Part shown: positions 58,798-64,000 of the stretch, in pieces
Numbering within the stretch: the first letter of the stretch is position 1
Layout: each line of letters starts with the position of its first letter
From: Mustelus asterias
Taxonomy: Eukaryota
Length of the DNA stretch: 64,000 bases
Direction: 5' to 3'
Assembly (NCBI RefSeq): GCF_964213995.1
Contig: NW_027590121.1
Location: forward strand, 1,054,001 to 1,118,000
Program-made: the position numbers and the translations under genes
Notes under the pieces: generated by a model
Told to the model about the DNA's origin: nothing
Databases searched by the model: none
What the model saw: the letters and a program-made list of their open reading frames with translations, nothing else

Positions 58798-61679
58798 TTT
58801 GTCAGGGGAGTGGGAAAGGGAGTTGTAGTCCAGAAGTCAGTGAGGGTGGTGAGGTATTGGGGAAGGTATCAGGGTCAAGGGTGGGTACTGGTAGACAGGA
58901 AGGTGGGTTGAAGTGTGTCTACTTCAATGCAAGGAGCATCCGGAACAAGGTAGATGAACTTGGGGCGTGGATTGGTACTTGGGACTACGATGTTGTGGCC
59001 ATTACGGAGACGTGGGTAGAACAAGGACAGGAATGGTTGTTGGACGTTCCGGGGTATAGATGTTTCACTAAGTGTAGGGAAGCTGGTAAAAGAGGTGGAG
59101 GAGTGGCATTGTTAATCAAGGATAGTTTAACGGCTGCGGAAAGGCACTTTGTGGGGGATCTGCACACTGAGGTAATATGGGCTGAAGTTAGAAATAGGAA
59201 AGGAGCGGTCACGTTGCTAGGAGTTTACTATAGGCCCCCAAATAGTAATAGAGATGTGGAGGAAGAAATTGCTAAGCAGATTATGGATATGTGTGGGGGT
59301 CACAGGGTAGTTGTCATGGGGGACTTTAACTTTCCAAATATTGATTGGAACCTTTGTCGGTCAAATAGTTTGGATGGGGCAGTTTTTGTGCAGTGTGTGC
59401 GGGAGGGTTTCCTGACACAATATGTGGATGGGCCGACTAGAGGTGAGGCCACATTGGATTTGGTACTGGGAAATGAACCGGGCCAAGTGTTAGATTTGGT
59501 TGTGGGAGAGCACTTTGGAGATAGTGACCACAATTCGGTGTCTTTTGTTATTGCAATGGAGAGGGATAGGGCCGTACGGCAGGGCAAGGTTTACAATTGG
59601 GGGAGGGGTAATTATGATGCGATTAGGCAAGAATTAGGGGGCATAAGTTGGGAACAGAAACTGTCAGAGAAAGGAACTAATGAAAAGTGGAACTTTTTCA
59701 AGGAACAAATACTGGATGTCCTTGATAGGTATGTTCCTGTCAGGCAGGGAGGAAATGGCCGAGTGAGGGAACCATGGTTCACGAAAGAGGTGGAATGTCT
59801 TGTGAAAAGGAAGAGGGAAGCTTATGTAGGGATGAGGAAACAAGGTTCAGATGGCTCGATTGAGGGTTACAAGTTAGCAAGGAATGAGCTGAAAAAGGGG
59901 CTTAGGAGAGCTAGGAGGGGACATGAGAAGTCCTTGGCGGGTCGGATCAAGGAAAACCCCAAGGCTTTTTACTCTTATGTGAGGAATAAAAGAATGACCA
60001 GGGTGAGGTTAGGGCCGGTCAAGGACAGTAGTGGGAACTTGTGTATGGAGTCAGTAGAGATAGGCGAGGTGATGAATGAATACTTTTCTTCAGTGTTCAC
60101 CAAGGAGAGGGGCCATGTTTTTGAGGAAGAGAAGGTGTTACAGGCTAATAGGCTGGAGGAAATAGATGTTCGGAGGGAGGATGTCTTGGCAGTTTTGAAT
60201 AAACTGAAGGTCGATAAGTCCCCTGGGCCTGATGAAATGTATCCTAGGATTCTGTGGGAGGCAAGGGATGAGATTGCAGAGCCTTTGGCTTTGATCTTTG
60301 GGTCCTCGCTGTCCACGGGGATGGTGCCAGAGGACTGGAGAGTGGCAAATGTTGTTCCTCTGTTTAAGAAAGGGAATAGAAATGACCCTGGTAATTATAG
60401 ACCGGTTAGTCTTACTTCGGTGGTTGGTAAATTGATGGAAAGGGTCCTTAGGGATGGGATTTACGACCATTTAGAAAGATGCGGATTAATCCGAGATAGT
60501 CAGCACGGATTCGTGAAGGGCAAGTCGTGCCTCACAAATTTGATAGAATTTTTTGAGGAGGTAACTAAGTGTGTTGATGAAGGTAGGGCAGTTGATGTCA
60601 TATACATGGATTTTAGTAAGGCGTTTGATAAGGTCCCCCATGGTCGGCTTATGATGAAAGTGAGGAGGTGTGGGATAGAGGGAAAGTTGGCCGATTGGAT
60701 AGGTAACTGGCTGTCTGACCGAAGACAGAGGGTGGTGGTCGATGGAAAATTTTCGGATTGGAGGCAGGTTGCTAGCGGTGTGCCGCAGGGATCAGTGCTT
60801 GGTCCTCTGCTCTTTGTGATTTTTATCAATGACTTAGAGGAGGGGGCTGAAGGGTGGATCAGTAAATTTGCTGATGACACCAAGATTGGTGGAGTAGTGG
60901 ATGAGGTGGAGGGCTGTTGTAGGTTGCATAGGATGCAAAGCTGGGCTGAAAAATGGCAAATGGAGTTTAACCCTGATAAATGTGAGGTGATTCATTTTGG
61001 TAGGACAAATTTAAATGTGGATTACAGGGTCAAAGGTAGGGTTCTGAAGACTGTGGAGGAACAGAGAGATCTTGGGGTCCATATCCACAGATCTCTAAAG
61101 GTTGCCAGTCAAGTGGATAGAGCTGTGAAGAAGGCCTATAGTGTGTTAGCTTTTATTAACAGGGGGTTGGAGTTTAAGAGCCGTGGGGTTATGCTGCAAC
61201 TGTCCAGGACCTTGGTGAGACCACATTTGGAATATTGTGTGCAGTTCTGGTCACCTCACCATAAGAAGGATGTGGAAGCACTGGAAAGAGTGCAGAGGAG
61301 ATTTACCAGGATGCTGCCTGGTTTGGAGGGTAGGTCATATGAGGAAAGGTTGAGGGAGCTAGGGCTGTTCTCTCTGGAGCGGAGGAGGCTGAGGGGAGAC
61401 TTAATAGAGGTTTATAAAATGATGAAGGGGATAGATAGAGTGAACGTTCAAAGACTATTTCCTCGGGTGGATGGAGCTATTACAAGGGGGCATAACTATA
61501 GGGTTCGTGGTGGGAGATACAGGACGGATATCAGAGGTAGGTTCTTTACGCAGAGAGTGGTTGGGGTGTGGAATGGACTGCCTGCAGTGATAGTGGAGTC
61601 AGACACTTTAGAAACATTTAAGCGGTTATTGGATAGGCACATGGAGCACACCAGGATGATAGGGAGTGGGATAGCTTGA
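58677..61679 (+). CDS. CR1 ORF2: APE endonuclease and reverse transcriptase (open frame, no upstream AUG)
   Basis: FNARS, ITETW, GDFN and SDH endonuclease motifs; QGSVLGP and FADD RT motifs; first in-frame ATG only at 59283. Confidence 0.95.
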   Translation: MEHVLGKVGPVQTGRGAPEPEGHQYPRREICYGSSGGFKLICQGSGKGSCSPEVSEGGEVLGKVSGSRVGTGRQEGGLKCVYFNARSIRNKVDELGAWIGTWDYDVVAITETWVEQGQEWLLDVPGYRCFTKCREAGKRGGGVALLIKDSLTAAERHFVGDLHTEVIWAEVRNRKGAVTLLGVYYRPPNSNRDVEEEIAKQIMDMCGGHRVVVMGDFNFPNIDWNLCRSNSLDGAVFVQCVREGFLTQYVDGPTRGEATLDLVLGNEPGQVLDLVVGEHFGDSDHNSVSFVIAMERDRAVRQGKVYNWGRGNYDAIRQELGGISWEQKLSEKGTNEKWNFFKEQILDVLDRYVPVRQGGNGRVREPWFTKEVECLVKRKREAYVGMRKQGSDGSIEGYKLARNELKKGLRRARRGHEKSLAGRIKENPKAFYSYVRNKRMTRVRLGPVKDSSGNLCMESVEIGEVMNEYFSSVFTKERGHVFEEEKVLQANRLEEIDVRREDVLAVLNKLKVDKSPGPDEMYPRILWEARDEIAEPLALIFGSSLSTGMVPEDWRVANVVPLFKKGNRNDPGNYRPVSLTSVVGKLMERVLRDGIYDHLERCGLIRDSQHGFVKGKSCLTNLIEFFEEVTKCVDEGRAVDVIYMDFSKAFDKVPHGRLMMKVRRCGIEGKLADWIGNWLSDRRQRVVVDGKFSDWRQVASGVPQGSVLGPLLFVIFINDLEEGAEGWISKFADDTKIGGVVDEVEGCCRLHRMQSWAEKWQMEFNPDKCEVIHFGRTNLNVDYRVKGRVLKTVEEQRDLGVHIHRSLKVASQVDRAVKKAYSVLAFINRGLEFKSRGVMLQLSRTLVRPHLEYCVQFWSPHHKKDVEALERVQRRFTRMLPGLEGRSYEERLRELGLFSLERRRLRGDLIEVYKMMKGIDRVNVQRLFPRVDGAITRGHNYRVRGGRYRTDIRGRFFTQRVVGVWNGLPAVIVESDTLETFKRLLDRHMEHTRMIGSGIA

Positions 61680-61753
61680 TCTTGGTTTCAGATAAAGCTC
61701 GGCACAACATCGTGGGCCGAAGGGCCTGTTCTGTGCTGTACTGTTCTATGTTC

Positions 61754-62758
61754 AAATCCCTTCCCACATTCAGCACATGTGAATGGCCTCTCCCCAGTGT
61801 GAACTCGCTGGTGTGTCAGCAGGTTCGATGACTGAGTGAAACCCTTCCCACACACAGAGCAGGTGAACGGTCTCTCCCCAGTGTGAACTCGCTGGTGCAT
61901 CAGAAGTTTGGATGAGGAAGGGAATCCCTTCCCACACTCAGAGCAGATGAATGGTCTCCCCCCAGTTTGAACACACTGGTGTGTCAGAAGGACGGATGAC
62001 TGAGTAAATCCCTTGCTACACTCAGGGCAGGTGAACAGCCTCTCCCCGGTGTGAATTTGCTGGTGTACAGTGAGATGAGATGATCGCTTGAATGCAGACC
62101 CACAGTGAGAGCATCTGAACGGTCTCTCATCAGTGTGAACAGGTTGATGCTGCATCAAGTCCTGGGAACTTTTAAAGTGTTTTCCACAGTCTGGACATGT
62201 AAAAGGTCTCTCATCAGTGTGAACTCGCTGGTGTGTCAGCAGTTTGTATTGCTGAGTAAATCCTTTCCCACACATGGAACAGGTGAATGGCCTCTCATTG
62301 CTGTGAACACGTTGATGGCCCATCAGTTCCCCAGAACATTTGTAACACTTCCCACAGTCTGAGCATTTAAATGGTCTCTCCTCAGTGTGAACTCGCTGGT
62401 GATTCAACAGGGTGGATGACTGAATGAATCCCTTCCCACACACAGAACAGGTGAACGGCCTTTCCCCAGTGTGAAGTCGCTGATGTGTCAGAAGGTAGGA
62501 TTGACGAGTGAATCCCTTCCCACATTTGAAGCAGGTGAACGGTTTCTCCCCAGTGTGACTGAGCCAATGACCTTCCAGGCCAGACGGGGATTTGAATCCC
62601 TTCCCACAATCCCTGCATTTCCACGGTTTCTTCCTGGATTGACTGCATTTGTGTTTCAACAGGTCAGATGATTGGCTGAAGCCTCGTCCACACACAGAAC
62701 ACGTGTATGGATTTTCCCCACTGTGAACGGTGCTTGTTCCTTCCATGTTCAAAATCAA
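61754..62758 (-). pseudogene. C2H2 zinc-finger array gene (about 12 fingers), truncated in its last finger by the CR1
   Basis: ORF 61688-62758 reads CAECGKGF straight into the CR1 tail. The missing LMRHQQAHK* lies at about 57100-57145. Confidence 0.9.
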
Positions 62759-63544
62759 ATGATATTCAGGTTACGATAAATTGGAAAACTCTACCAGGTT
62801 GTGATGTGATGTTTCGTTTCAATTTCCCGACTGCAAATCCTGCTCTTCTAAAACCCTGTATAACTGTTTCAAAACAGAAAAAAAGGGAGTGAGAGAGAAC
62901 TCATAAAAACACAGGCAGTTTGTGAAATTGAACTGAATTAATCTGGTCATTTGTACGTCCGTCACTGGGAAAAAGTGACAATGAAAACTGCTGGATTGTT
63001 GTAGAAATGCAACTTATTCACTGATATCCTTCGGAGAAGGGAACCTGCCACACGGTCTGGGTCTACAGAAGACTGTCTCCACTAATTTCAAAACTGTTCC
63101 TGAACACCAAGGTCTGGGTCATTTGTGTACATTAGGAAGAGCAGGGTGTTAACACCAGCTCCTGAGAACTCCCAAACATCCATTAACCAATATTTCATGA
63201 GTTTCCTGTCCCGTGGACAATTTTATGTCAATGTTGTTATTGTCCCTTTCATTCCACGAGTCATAACTTTGTTCCTAAGTCTGTTGTGCAGCAATTTATC
63301 TAATGCCTTTTGGAAGTCCATGTTCACCATATTAATAGCATTATCCTCAACACTGGTGTCTTAACCTCATCAAAAAACAGGTTAAGCAGGTTAGTTCCCT
63401 TCACAAATCCATGCTGGCTTTCCTTATTAACCCACATTTACTCAGGTGACTATTAAATTTGTCCTCAATTATTGTTTCAGGAATTTTCCCTTTCGCCAAG
63501 ATTAAACTGACTATAGTTTCTGGGATTATCTTCACACCAGTTAT

Positions 63545-63690
63545 TGGCCACCCACCTAATCTGCACATCTTTAGACTGTGGGAGGAAATATGGGGGAGGA
63601 CATGCAAACTCCACACAATCACCCGAGGCTGGAATCGAACCTGGGTCTCTGGCGTTGTGTTGCAGTAATGCTTAACCACTGTGCCACCCC
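63545..63690 (-). mobile_element. SINE fragment within a CR1 RT remnant (about 63180-63540)
   Basis: SINE head ggcacagtggttaagcat...gttcgattcc; DFQKA-like CR1 remnant. Confidence 0.65.
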
Positions 63691-64000
63691 AGAAATCTGA
63701 AATCTTTCCCAACAGACAGAGAAGCCAAACCTTTGACCTTTCACATTCAAAAGCTGATGATATTCAGATTCTAAAGAACGGGATGGCTGCAAGATGTGAT
63801 GTGATCTTCGGTTTGAATTTTCCAATTGTCGTATTCTGTAAATCAAGATTACAAAACAAAAATCACTGTTAATCCAGGACAGAAATTTAGAAGAGATAAA
63901 TATTTCTCTTGGGTTGAGTTTTCTGTGTGTAAATCCTCCCCTTCTAACTCCCTGTAAAAGGAGTTTCCAAAGTCCATCCCTGTCAGTCCAGGAGAGAAAT

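Larger units (their letters stand above)
57153..61753 (+). mobile_element. Full-length CR1 LINE inserted into a zinc-finger gene
   Basis: About 720-nt 5' UTR, ORF1, ORF2 and GTTCTAT tail; AAATCC flanks both ends (57147-57152, 61754-61759). Confidence 0.96.

Noticed and set aside
57945-60883. Long antisense ORFs within the CR1
   Set aside because: Shadow frames of ORF1 and ORF2 with no recognisable motifs.

Overview
Vertebrate genomic DNA, almost certainly from a cartilaginous fish (inferred from HE1/V-SINE-type SINEs, CR1 LINEs, and shark-like TCR V and C2H2 genes). It has three zones. (1) About 0.6-10 kb: a decaying, segmentally duplicated tRNA cluster that includes an apparently intact tRNA-Pro(TGG) with an 18-nt canonical-position intron. 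(2) About 13.6-39.3 kb: ten T-cell receptor alpha/delta-type V segments in both orientations with leader exons and 23-type RSS. Two are fully intact, one has an open frame but a weak RSS, and seven are pseudogenes or remnants; no D, J or C was found. (3) About 42-64 kb: three minus-strand C2H2 zinc-finger genes, all disrupted, one of them by a full-length CR1 LINE. The ORF1/ORF2 junction of that CR1 carries an in-frame UUUAAAC -1 slippery heptamer. Penelope-like elements with minimal hammerhead ribozymes, a Rex1/Babar LINE, many CR1 fragments, SINEs and a 55/56-bp minisatellite are interspersed. All calls were made by eye, and repeat boundaries are approximate.
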